Of a stretch of 64,000 bases of DNA, positions 48,877 to 61,100 are shown piece after piece (positions within the stretch are counted from its first letter, which is position 1; every line of letters starts with the position of its first letter). Position numbers and translations under genes: made by a program. Source of the stretch: Macrostomum lignano (lineage: Eukaryota). The notes under the pieces were generated by a model that worked only from the letters and a program-made list of their open reading frames with translations, was not told where the DNA came from and ran no database searches. Location: assembly GCA_002269645.1 (NCBI GenBank), contig NIVC01002599.1:94144-158143 (forward strand). Direction: 5' to 3'.

Positions 48877-51800
48877 CTCCTTCTGCACCGGCTGTGGGCA
48901 GTGCGACTCGGCGCGGATGATATGGCGGAGATAGCTGACCTCAAGAAGATCAATGCTGAGCAGTATAGACCCGGGTTGTGTCAATATCGCGACCTGTTTC
49001 AGCTCATTGCAAGTGTGTGTTGGCGGGAGGGGGCGGCAGGAGACTTGGAACTGTCGGTGCCCCCCCCTCACTGCAGGTAGCCTCAGTGTATAGAAAAGGC
49101 GTTGCCCTTTTGCCCGCCCGCATGGCATGGCCGCGAGGGGCCGCCGACTGGCCTGTCACCGTATCGCCCCAGAGAGAGACGGTGAGCACAGCCAGGCATA
49201 CAGTGCTGCATGGCGAACACAGCAGCAGAGCAGCAGCAGCAGGTTATACTCAGTCGCTTTGCTTACCACCCGCTATTGCTCGCTATTCTAGTAGCTGGGT
49301 AAGGGATTTTCGGCGGGAGAAAGAGAGACTAGGAGAACTCCGCTAGTCAACGACCTGTTCTAGATTCAGTATCTGGAATGGGAAATACAAAATATATACA
49401 TGTACAAAGCTACTTCACCCTGCTGTGATTGGGCAGCAGCTCTGAGCTCCCAAGTTCACCCTGCTCTGATTGGGCAGCAGCTCTGAGCTCCCAAGTTCAC
49501 CCTGCTCTGATTGGGCAGCAGCTCTGAGCTCCCAAGTTCACCCTGCTGTGATTGGGCAGCAGCTCTGAGCTCCCAAGTTCACCCTGCTGTGATTGGGCAG
49601 CAGCTCTGAGCTCCCAAGTTCACCCTGCTGTGATTGGGCAGCATTTCTGAGCTCCCAAGTTCACCCTGCTGTGAATGGGCAGCATTTCTGAGCTCCCAAG
49701 TTCACCCTGCTGTGATTGGGCAGCAGCTCTGAGCTCCCAAGTTCACCCTGCTGTGATTGGGCAGCAGCTCTGAGCTCCCAAGTTCACCCTGCTGTGATTG
49801 GGCAGCAGCTCTGAGCTCCCAAGTTCACCCTGCTCTGATTGGGCAGCAGCTCTGAGCTCCCAAGTTCACCCTGCTCTGATTGGGCAGCAGCTCTGAGCTC
49901 CCAAGTTCACCCTGCTGTGATTGGGCAGCAGCTCTGAGCTTCAAAGTTCATCACACTCATTTTGGGCGTGTGCACAAAACCACGAATATTAATGATAATA
50001 TGATTATTATTTATTGTTATTACGCACACAATTAATTATTTCGATAATAAGCAATCTTTAAAGAGTTGACCATTCTTCTAGCCTGAAATTTTCCATTCCA
50101 GTGTTAGGTGATTTTAGGACTCCTTGACTCGTCCAGGGACCGCGCGCGCGCATGAGCAAGAAGCCCAGACAGAAGAGAGAAAGAAGGAGTTGGGCGGTTG
50201 ATTGCGGGAAGATTCGTTATCTGCTTGAGCTGGCGCGTGGGCTTGCATAGGGTTAGAAGTCGCCGACAGATGATCTATTGCCTATGCTTGGCAATCGGAG
50301 ACCGTCTGAGCAGTTACCCCCCCCCCCAAATAGACTGACAATTGGCTACAGAACGCTACACACGCAGAGCCTTTTGAAGTGCAGTTTTCTTTGTCTCTTT
50401 GAACAAATTTCTCTCCAGCTTGACCTCGCTAGAGTACGAGGTATTTTCCGGCACCAGACCTGTTTAATTTCATATCTAACTAACTTTGCCACTGGTTATG
50501 GTAGCTCGTATGCTTTGTCAGTGCAATAGAAACTCAAATCTCATTGCTTGCTTTGGCCTCGTAGCTTACCCGTAGCTTGAGATAATGAAATGGAATACTA
50601 GAATTTTATAACAGCATTTCTTACAGTACTAGGAAATCCAAATCCCCATTGAGACTACCTTAGTTTTTCCTGAAACGGCCGATTCAGATGAGATTATCTA
50701 AAAAAACATATATAACACACGAGAATGTCTAAAACCCATTCAGAAAAATTATAAATAATATGAGATTATCCAAAACGCCGTGAGATTATCTCAAACCCAA
50801 TGAGCTTATACAAACCGTCATGAGATTATCCAAACCGTCATGAGATTATCTAAAACCCAATGAGATTATCCAACACCCAATGAGATTATCCAAAACCCAA
50901 TGAGATTATACAAAATCCAATGAGATTATACAAAACCCAATGAGATTATCCAAAACCCAATGAGATTATCCAAAACCTAATGAGATTATACAAAACCCAA
51001 TTAGATTATGCAAAACCCAATGAGATTATCCAACACCCAATGAGATTATCCAAAACCCAATGAGATTATCCAAAACCCAATGAGATTATCCAAAATCCAA
51101 TGAGATTATCCAACACCCAATGAGATTATACAAAACCCAATGAGATTATTCAACACCCAATGAGATTATACAAAACCCAATGAGATTATGCAAACCCAAT
51201 GAGATTATACAACACCCAATGAGATTATCCAAAACCCAATGAGATTATTCAACACCCAATGAGATTATCCAAAGCCCCATGAGATTATACAAAACCCAAT
51301 GAGATTATACAAAACCCAATGAGATTATCCAAAACCTAATGAGATTATACAACACCCAATGAGATTACTCAACACCCAATGAGATTATACAAAACCCAAT
51401 TAGATTATACAGAACCAAATGAGATTATACAAAACACAATGAGATTATCCAACACCCAATGAGATTATCCAAAGCCCCATGAGATTATGCAAAACCCAAT
51501 GAGATTATACAGAACCCAATGAGATTATACAAAACCCAATTAGATTATGCAAAACCAAATGAGATTATCCAACATCCAATGAGATTATCCAACACCCAAT
51601 GAGATTATGCAACACCCAATGAGATTATCCAAAACCCAGTGAGATTATTCAACACCCAATGAGATTATCCAAAGCCCCATGAGATTATACAAAACCCAAT
51701 GAGATTATACAAAACCAATGAAATTATCCAAAATCTAATGAGATTATACAACACCCAATGAGATTATCCAACACCCAATGAGATTATCCAAAACCCAATG

Positions 51801-54800
51801 AGATTATCCAACACCCAATGAGATTATCCAAAACCCAATGAGATTATCCAACACCCAATGAGATTATCCAAAACCCAATGAGATTATCCAACACCAATGA
51901 GATTATACAAAACCCAATGAGATTATCCAAAACCCAATGAGATTATCCAACACCCAATGAGATTATCCAAAGCCCCATGAGATTATACAAAGCCCAATGA
52001 GATTATAAAAAACCCAATGAGATTATCCAAAACCTAATGAGATTATACAACACCCAATTAGATTATCCAACACCCAATGAGATTATCCAACACCCAATGA
52101 GATTATCCAAAACCCAATGAGATTATCCAACACCCAATGAGATTATCCAAAACCCAATGAGATTATCCAACACCAATGAGATTATACAAAACCCAATGAG
52201 ATTATCCAAAACCCAATGAGATTATCCAACACCCAATGGGATTATCCAAAGCCCCATGAGATTATACAAAACCCAATGAGATTATACAAAACCCAATGAG
52301 ATTATCCAAAACCTAATGAGATTATACAAAACCCAATGAGATTATCCAACACCAATGAGATTATGCAAAACCCAATGAGATTATCCAACACCCAATGAGA
52401 TTATCCAACACCCAATGAGATTATCCAAAACCCAATGAGATTATCCAACACCCAATGAGATTATGCAAAACCCAATGGGATTATCCAACACCCAATGAGA
52501 TTATCCAAAACCCAATGAGATTATGCAAAACCCAATTAGATTATCCAAAATCCAGTGAGATTATCCAACACCCAATGAGATTATCCAACACCCAATGAGA
52601 TTATTCAACACCCAATGAGATTATACAAAACCCAATGAGATTATACAAAATCCAATGAGATTATCCAAAACCCAATGAGATTATCCAAAACCCAATGAGA
52701 TTATCCAAAACCCAATTAGATTATCCAAAACCCAATGAGATTATCCAACACCCAGTGAGATTATACAAAACCCAATGAGATTATTCAACACCCAATGAGA
52801 TTATACAAAACCCAATGAGATTATGCAAACCCAATGAGATTATACAACACCCAATGAGATTATCCAAAACCCAATGAGATTATTCAACACCCAATGAGAT
52901 TATCCAAAGCCCCATGAGATTATACAAAACCCAATGAGATTATACAAAACCCAATGAGATTATCCAAAACCTAATGAGATTATACAACACCCAATGAGAT
53001 TACTCAACACCCAATGAGATTATACAAAACCCAATTAGATTATACAGAACCAAATGAGATTATACAAAACACAATGAGATTATCCAACACCCAATGAGAT
53101 TATCCAAAGCCCATGAGATTATGCAAAACCCAATGAGATTATACAGAACCCAATGAGATTATACAAAACCCAATTAGATTATGCAAAACCCAATGAGATT
53201 ATCCAACATCCAATGAGATTATCCAACACCCAATGAGATTATGCAACACCCAATGAGATTATCCAAAACCCAGTGAGATTATTCAACACCCAATGAGATT
53301 ATCCAAAGCCCCATGAGATTATACAAAACCCAATGAGATTATACAAAACCCAATGAAATTATCCAAAATCTAATGAGATTATACAACACCCAATGAGATT
53401 ATCCAACACCCAATGAGATTATCCAAAACCCAATGAGATTATCCAACACCCAATGAGATTATCCAAAACCCAATGAGATTATCCAACACCCAATGAGATT
53501 ATCCAAAACCCAATGAGATTATCCAACACCAATGAGATTATACAAAACCCAATGAGATTATCCAAAACCCAATGAGATTATCCAACACCCAATGAGATTA
53601 TCCAAAGCCCCATGAGATTATACAAAGCCCAATGAGATTATAAAAAACCCAATGAGATTATCCAAAACCTAATGAGATTATACAACACCCAATTAGATTA
53701 TCCAACACCCAATGAGATTATCCAACACCCAATGAGATTATCCAAAACCCAATGAGATTATCCAACACCCAATGAGATTATCCAAAACCCAATGAGATTA
53801 TCCAACACCAATGAGATTATACAAAACCCAATGAGATTATCCAAAACCCAATGAGATTATCCAACACCCAATGGGATTATCCAAAGCCCCATGAGATTAT
53901 ACAAAACCCAATGAGATTATACAAAACCCAATGAGATTATCCAAAACCTAATGAGATTATACAAAACCCAATGAGATTATCCAACACCAATGAGATTATG
54001 CAAAACCCAATGAGATTATCCAACACCCAATGAGATTATCCAACACCCAATGAGATTATACAAAACCCAATGAGATTATCCAACACCCAATGAGATTATG
54101 CAAAACCCAATGGGATTATCCAACACCCAATGAGATTATCCAAAACCCAATGAGATTATGCAAAACCCAATTAGATTATCCAAAATCCAGTGAGATTATC
54201 CAACACCCAATGAGATTATCCAACACCCAATGAGATTATTCAACACCCAATGAGATTATACAAAACCCAATGAGATTATCCAAAACCCAATTAGATTATC
54301 CAAAACCCAATGAGATTATCCAAAACCCAATGAGATTATCCAAAACCTAATTAGATTATCCAAAACCCAATGAGATTATCCAAAACCCAATGAGATTATA
54401 CAAAACCCAATGAGATTATCCAAAACCCTATTAGATTATCCAAAACCCAATGAGATTATCCAAAACCCAATGAGATTATCCAAAACCCAATTAGATTATC
54501 CAAAACCCAATGAGATTATCCAAAACCCAATGAGATTATACAAAACCCAATGAGATTATCCAACACCCAATGAGATTATCCAACACCCAATGAGATTATA
54601 CAAAACCCAATGAGATTATCCAACACCCAATGAGATTATCCAACACCCAATGAGATTATACAAAACCCAATAAGATTATCCAAAACCCAATGAGATTATG
54701 CAAAACCCAATTAGATTATCCAAAACCCAATTAGATTATCCAAAACCCAATGAGATTATACAAAACCCAATGAGATTATCCAAAACCCAATTAGATTATC

Positions 54801-55601
54801 CAAAACCCAATGAGATTATCCAAAACCCAATGAGATTATCCAAAACCCAATTAGATTATCCAAAACCCAATGAGATTATCCAAAACCTAATGAGATTATA
54901 CAAAACCCAATGAGATTATCCAAAACCCAATTAGATTATCCAAAACCCAATGAGATTATCCAAAACCCAATGAGATTATCCAAAACCCAATTAGATTATC
55001 CAAAACCCAATGAGATTATCCAAAACCCAATGAGATTATACAAAACCCAATGAGATTATCCAACACCCAATGAGATTATCCAACACCCAATGAGATTATA
55101 CAAAACCCAATGAGATTATCCAACACCCAATGAGATTATCCAACACCCAATGAGATTATACAAAACCCAATAAGATTATCCAAAACCCAATGAGATTATG
55201 CAAAACCCAATTAGATTATCCAAAACCCAATTAGATTATCCAAAACCCAATGAGATTATACAAAACCCAATGAGATTATCCAAAGCCCAATGAACTTATA
55301 AAAAGTCAAGATGAAAACACTTGGAATCCAGAATAAATTAATTACTTTGCTCTCTAAAATTGAATCACAAACAACGCTGGCCAAGCATGTCATTTTTTAA
55401 TTAAACTCATTCAATCATTTAAACAAATCAAACAAAAGCAAATAAGGATTTTCAAATTCAAAATGAGATCAGTAAAACAAAACAGCTGCTTTGAAATGGC
55501 GGGCGGTCATGCAACCAGCCAGCACAGGACTTGTCCAGTATGACAACTATTTTGTACAGATACAAAAAACACTCTCGGGCATTGTTGGTGCTGCTAAATA
55601 A
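48877..55601 (+). CDS. Candidate 3' exons of an unidentified gene (48877-49014, 49077-49181, 50419-50440, 55486-55601)
   Basis: GT-AG boundaries give a phase-consistent open chain LLLHRLWAVRLGADDMAEIADLKKINAEQYRPGLCQYRDLFQLIAS/VASVYRKG.../LDLARVR/AALKWRAVMQP...GAAK*. No homology recognised; the last acceptor is weak. Confidence 0.3.
49413..49945. repeat. 41-bp minisatellite (~13 copies)
   Basis: Unit caagttcaccctgctgtgattgggcagcagctctgagctcc. Confidence 0.97.
50760..55292. repeat. 20-bp satellite array (~225 copies) with higher-order duplications
   Basis: Unit aatgagattatccaaaaccc with variants; diagnostic variants recur at ~1635-bp and 500-bp offsets. Confidence 0.98.
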
Positions 55602-56201
55602 GCAATTCAATATGCCGCAGGTATGGCATGAGCAACTTAATCATGGACAGATGTTTATAATTAATGAAATTGTCAAATATCCCAGGTACACACAAGAAAT
55701 GCAACATCAGAAAAAATGGTTAATTAATTTATACATATGTCATAATAAAGGTATACTATGAATAGTAAATAATACAGTAATACAGCCCAATGAGAAAATT
55801 CTTTAAACCGAATACTCCAACACTCGTTGAATAGCTCAATACTAATTGCATACACGCATATGTATATAATCTAATAAATATTTGATTTAATGAACAGGTA
55901 AAATTACAGTTATAATTAAAACAAGAAGAAATTAAAAAAAACACAGCTTATCGAAAATCTTATAAAGCAATAAAAAAGAATCACAATTTTTGCAAACTTG
56001 CTCACTGATGCTTGCTGGTGCACAACAGAAGACACGGGAAGCGGGGGACATAGCCGGGCATACATTGGTGTATAAATAAAGGTCTCGAGAAAAAAGACAC
56101 AATTCAAGAAAATAGCGCCTGAACTGAACGATCGACTTGAATGCTGCTGGTTTGCCATCATCATCCTGGTTTATTGAATGCGACTCCAACAAATTAAATA
56201 G

Positions 56202-57488
56202 CTAACGACTCACAGTTTGCTGTAATGATGCGCAATACACAACAGTTAGCGAAGCTGTTGAACTACGATCTATATAATAAGCGGCTTTAAATAATTCTAA
56301 GTCGGCTAATAAAGCTAGCAATGCCGATAATGATTCTTGATGCGCGTGGCGGGGGCACCGATCGAGTGTGGAGATGAGATATGCGCATTGTCTAACAGGT
56401 AGCACGAGCACTTTATGAACTGCAGCTTGGGTTGGGGCACAGCTAGGCTGGACTGCCAGAGGCCCTGCTGACACCACTGTTGTACCTGAGTGGTTGTCGC
56501 TGCTGCTGCTGCTGTTGCTGATGATGATGATTAAGCTGCTGCGGATGCTGAAGATGAGGCGGCATGGGCGGCTGCAGAGGCAAAGGCAGCGGCAGAGGGC
56601 CAAGCATGCGGTGCTGCTGCTGCTGCTGCTGTTGAACCATCTGCTGTTTCCGAAGCATCGCCTGGTGCTGCTGCTGTGGCGGCGAGCGCAGCAATCCGTG
56701 CATCTGCAGCTCCTCCTCGCTGCACGCGCCCGAGCTGCAAGGCGAGCCGCTGCTACGCGACGGACAATCGAATGCTTGCCGATCCTGGCGGACGCGTTCG
56801 AGCATGCCCAGCAGCTTCTTGATGGCGCCCTGGGTGAACTCCAGCGCCTCCAAAGTGGGCCTGTCTATGGCCAGCAGCTGCTCGAAGCTGTACTTGCGCA
56901 GCCGATCGAAGTATTTGTGCATCCGGTGCGTCTTCAGCCAGGTGAGCAGTTTAGATTGATAGTCTTGCCTGCGTGTGGCCGGGAGACACATTGTACTCAC
57001 AACTGAGGCACTGGGCTAGTGGCTATATATAACTAAATAGAGAACGGTCGCTCACCCATAATGGCAGGCTGGGTACACCGCGGTACCTTCACCAGTGTAA
57101 CCGACGCTTCCAACTGTGAGAGATTGGAACTGAAGCATCAGGCCTGAAATGATTGTTGAAATCATAATTGAGTGAATCGAATTCGGTTAACAGGTTATAG
57201 ACGGCAATGTGGGATAAGTGGTCGAGCCTGGCGGACTCCAAGGATTGGGACTCACCGCTAAGGGGACTAGTGGGCGGCGGCGGCATCGGCGGGGCAGCGG
57301 CGGCAGCTGGTGATGGTGGTGGGGGTGGGGGTGCGGCCCGGCGGGGTAACCGTAGTATGCCGGCGACTGCGGCTGCTGCTGAGGCGGCGGTGGCGGCGGC
57401 GGTGGCGCCTGCGGCAGAACAGCGAACGGAGACATGAAAGCTGCCGCAGCGTAATAGGGGCACTGAGGCGGGCCGCCGAGGCAAGAGT

Positions 57489-57519
<31 letters not shown>

Positions 57520-57884
57520 AGACATTTGGTAGAGCATGTGGTGCGGCGGCACCGGCTGATAGTACTGGACTTGCATTGCAGTTACCGGGCTGTGTTGGTG
57601 AGATTCGGCTCAGTTGTGTTGTTGTTGTTGCTGCTGCTGCTTTGACATGCGCAGCCTCGGCGCCGCTATTTATGAATGAGGCCGGCACAGCGGCCCGGGC
57701 GGGTGGGGAGCGGCCGGGGCGAGGTCAGGGGCGGGCCGGACAGCTGATTCACGGCGCTGGGCAACTGCTATTGGCTGCTGCCGCTGCTGCCGCTGCTGCT
57801 CAAAGGGGGTCTGGGTTAGAGGGAGCAGGCTAAGACAGGTAATGGGCGTCGGCGGAAGGGGCGGAGTGGGGGGCTGACGCGTGG
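56202..57884 (-). CDS. Smaug/ZCCHC14-like RNA-binding protein, 3' exons (low-complexity exon, SAM domain exon 56968-56486, PHAT-like exon from 56391)
   Basis: SKLLTWLKTHRMHKYFDRLRKYSFEQLLAIDRPTLEALEFTQGAIKKLLGMLE is a Smaug/Vts1/ZCCHC14-type SAM domain. AYLISTLDRCPRH weakly resembles Smaug PHAT SYLQLIDKCLIH. The frame is broken in the 57256-57884 Pro/Gln-rich exon. Confidence 0.7.
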
Positions 57885-58167
57885 CTGAGTACACTCAACA
57901 TTTTCTGGGTAGGGGAAGGAGAGAGAGCTATCAACACTGCAGAATGTTGGACTTGTGAGCAAAGAAGAGTAACGCAGACAGGCGGAGAGCGCAGAGCTTT
58001 CGCTTTCTTCTATCTAGTTTTGGTATCTGGCAACGCTTGACTAACTAGCCATTGTTAGGCATTTGTGCCTGTTCTGTCTGACTTGATTTAACTGACTAAT
58101 TCCCACTGGGGCTGAATGAGGCAGTAAGGGCGGTCGGTCAAGGGCTCCCCCCCCCAATCTCTCTCAC

Positions 58168-61100
58168 CTGGTTTGGCCGCGGCCGAGTCCGAGCTGGCCC
58201 GGCTGTGGGCCACTGTCGGCGGCTGCGGCGGTCGGGGTGGTCGGCGGGCGGAGAAAAACTCGACAATGTCGGCCGAGCGCCTGACGGGCTCTGGCAGTTC
58301 AACAAGCAACCTTGGAGGGTGGGAGGAGAAATGATAGGGCCGGATGATGGCGATAAGGTAGCCGGGTGTTCCACATCTGAAAGGATTCCTAACACGCAGT
58401 CCCTGGTGCTTGTGAAACGGAAGGGAAGGCGGGCCCGGGACGCAGAGGGCTAACTAATAAATTCTAAGTGCTTATTTTCCTGCTTTTGTGTGTTTCCGAC
58501 ATCTGGATGACACTTATTCATGCACATAAAAATCTCCAACGGTCAATTATCAATTTATTAGACCTGTTATTTATCAAGGTAGCTAAATAGATTATATCCT
58601 AAACTGTGGTCAACATAGCATTGTAATATAGCAAGTGCAAGAGGTCAAAGTGTAGGCACGGCAGGTAGGACAGGATCCAGTTGAGATACTATTTTTAGTA
58701 ACAAAACTCTTCCCCCACCCGGGCAAGGAAGAGTCATGAGCAGTGGGGAGGGGACTATCCATATAGGGAACAGGGAGTGGGTATGGGCGGCAGAAAGTAC
58801 CCGGCTTGTGCAGGGGCCCTCACCCCACCCCGGCAGAACAGTGCAGTCGTGCATTATTGAAACTATTACATTCTCTTCTAATCTTAACCCAGATAAGACT
58901 GGCATGCAAGAAATAATAATTGCAGAAATTATCTCTTCTAAGAAAGTTACGAATGGAGACTTTTTTACTAAAAATAGTAACAAAACTGTATTAGAGATAA
59001 CCAATATTGCCCAGACTTTAAAAAACTTAAAATACATGAAGAAATAAAAATTTTCTAACAACAATAGAAAATAAAATAGTTTGAATAGCTGCTAGCACAG
59101 TCGGCAAAAGCCATCCGAAATAGAAATGGGTGGGAGTGACCCAAGCAACAACATTCATACTGCAGGCACAGCGGGTGGGTCAATCACACAACACACGCAC
59201 AGTTTGCTAATACCCACACTAGGGCAGCCTCCTCTGCCCTCGCGCACACACACACCAACTCTGTATAGATAGATGGTCTGGGTCAGGTTCTGCAGGTTTT
59301 TGAGTCTGCACAATATGCAAAATAGCGCCTATTACTACAGAGCTACCTGTTTACTTGAAGGCTCCAGAAAGGTGGGTGGGGGGGCTTACGAGATGGGGCA
59401 GTGGCAGCCACAGGTTTAGCTGTTGGGCCCTAGTAGCAGCAGCAGCTCTCAATATCGACAGCAGCCCCGCGTATAGCGGAATAAACTGATGAGGCACACA
59501 GTTTACGTTGAGAAAGAAAGACGCCTGCCTAAAATACGCGAATTCCATTCAGGTAAGAATTCGGCACACAGCCGGGGAGGCAGGGGAGGGGGGCAAGACC
59601 TCAATAATGAGACTTCTTCTTCTTTTTCTAGTTTAGTTGGCTCAGAAGAAGATCACAGGACTCAACTCCGTTGGCTGCGTGCCAAGTGCCCACTCCATAC
59701 TCAGCCGCCGCCTACACACTATACGAGGAATTGAAGGGGGTCACCCGTCCCCCCGTGACCCCGCGTGTTGACTTTGGCCAAGCAAGAAGCGATCCGGAAG
59801 CAGAAACAAACAGAGAACATGGCAAAGTAATTAGAAAAAGACAACTGATGACTGTGGAACTGCTTAGCCTATTAACTAAACTTCTTAATCCCCCCCCCAG
59901 ATACAGAATTCGAACTATTCGAGTTGTTTATATAAGCGCAGAAATCTGACTTGCTTTGAATAGAAATTCTTGATTTTTTGAGTGAGCAAATATTATGATT
60001 TCTGAATTCTGCTAGTGGCTAACAGGCATTTATTAGGATGGCCGACAGTGATGACATGAAAAACTTCGAATGCTTTGCAAGTAAAACTAACTCATACTCG
60101 ATCTTGTAAAGCTCAAAAAAATTAATTCAAGGTTAACTTGCAGAACCCTACTCAGCACCTAAAACACCGGTTGCAGAACCCTACTCAGCACCCAAGATAC
60201 TGGTTGCAGAACCCTACTCAGCACCTAAAACACCGGTTGCAGAACCCTACTCAGCACCTAAAACACCGGTTGCAGAACCCTACTCAGCACCTAAAACACC
60301 GGTTGCAGAACCCTACTCAGCACCCAAGATACTGGTTGCAGAACCCTACTCAGCACCTAAAACACCGGTTGCAGAACCCTACTCAGCACCTAAAACACCG
60401 GTTGCAGAACCCTACTCAGCACCCAAGATACTGGTTGCAGAACCCTACTCAGCACCTAAAACACCGGTTGCAGAACCCTACTCAGCACCTAAAAAACTGG
60501 TTGCAGAACCCTACAGCACCAAAGACACCGGTTGCAGAACCCTACTCAGCACCAAAAACACCGGTTGCAGAACCCTACTCAGCACCTAGAACACCGGTTG
60601 CAGAACCCTACTCAGCACCTAGAACACCGGTTGCAGAACCCTACTCAGCACCAAAACACCGGTTGCAGAACCCTACAGCACCTAAAACACCGGTTGCAGA
60701 ACCCTACTCAGCACCTAAAACACCGGTTGCAGAACCCTACTCAGCACCTAAAACACCGGTTGCAGAACCCTACTCAGCACCTAAAACACCGGTTGCAGAA
60801 CCCTACTCAGCACCTAAAACACCGGTTGCAGAACCCTACTCAGCACCTAAAACACCGGTTGCAGAACCCTACTCAGCACCTAGAACACCGGTTGCAGAAC
60901 CCTACTCAGCACCAAAAACACCGGTTGCAGAACCCTACTCAGCACCAAAAACATCGGTTGCAGAACCCTACTCAGCACCTAAAACACCGGTTGCAGAACC
61001 CTACTCAGCACCTAGAACACCGGTTGCAGAACCCTACTCAGCACCTAAAACATGGGCTTGACCTGCGATTGTCATCCCGCAACTCACCGAAGCAACATCT

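Noticed and set aside
29377-55292. CRISPR-like appearance of regular repeats
   Set aside because: Units are directly adjacent with no unique spacers, there are no cas genes, and the context is eukaryotic.
58736-59047. CR1/L2 endonuclease-like fragment (SCIIE...IIIAEI...NGDF)
   Set aside because: Resemblance too short and patchy to support without a search.
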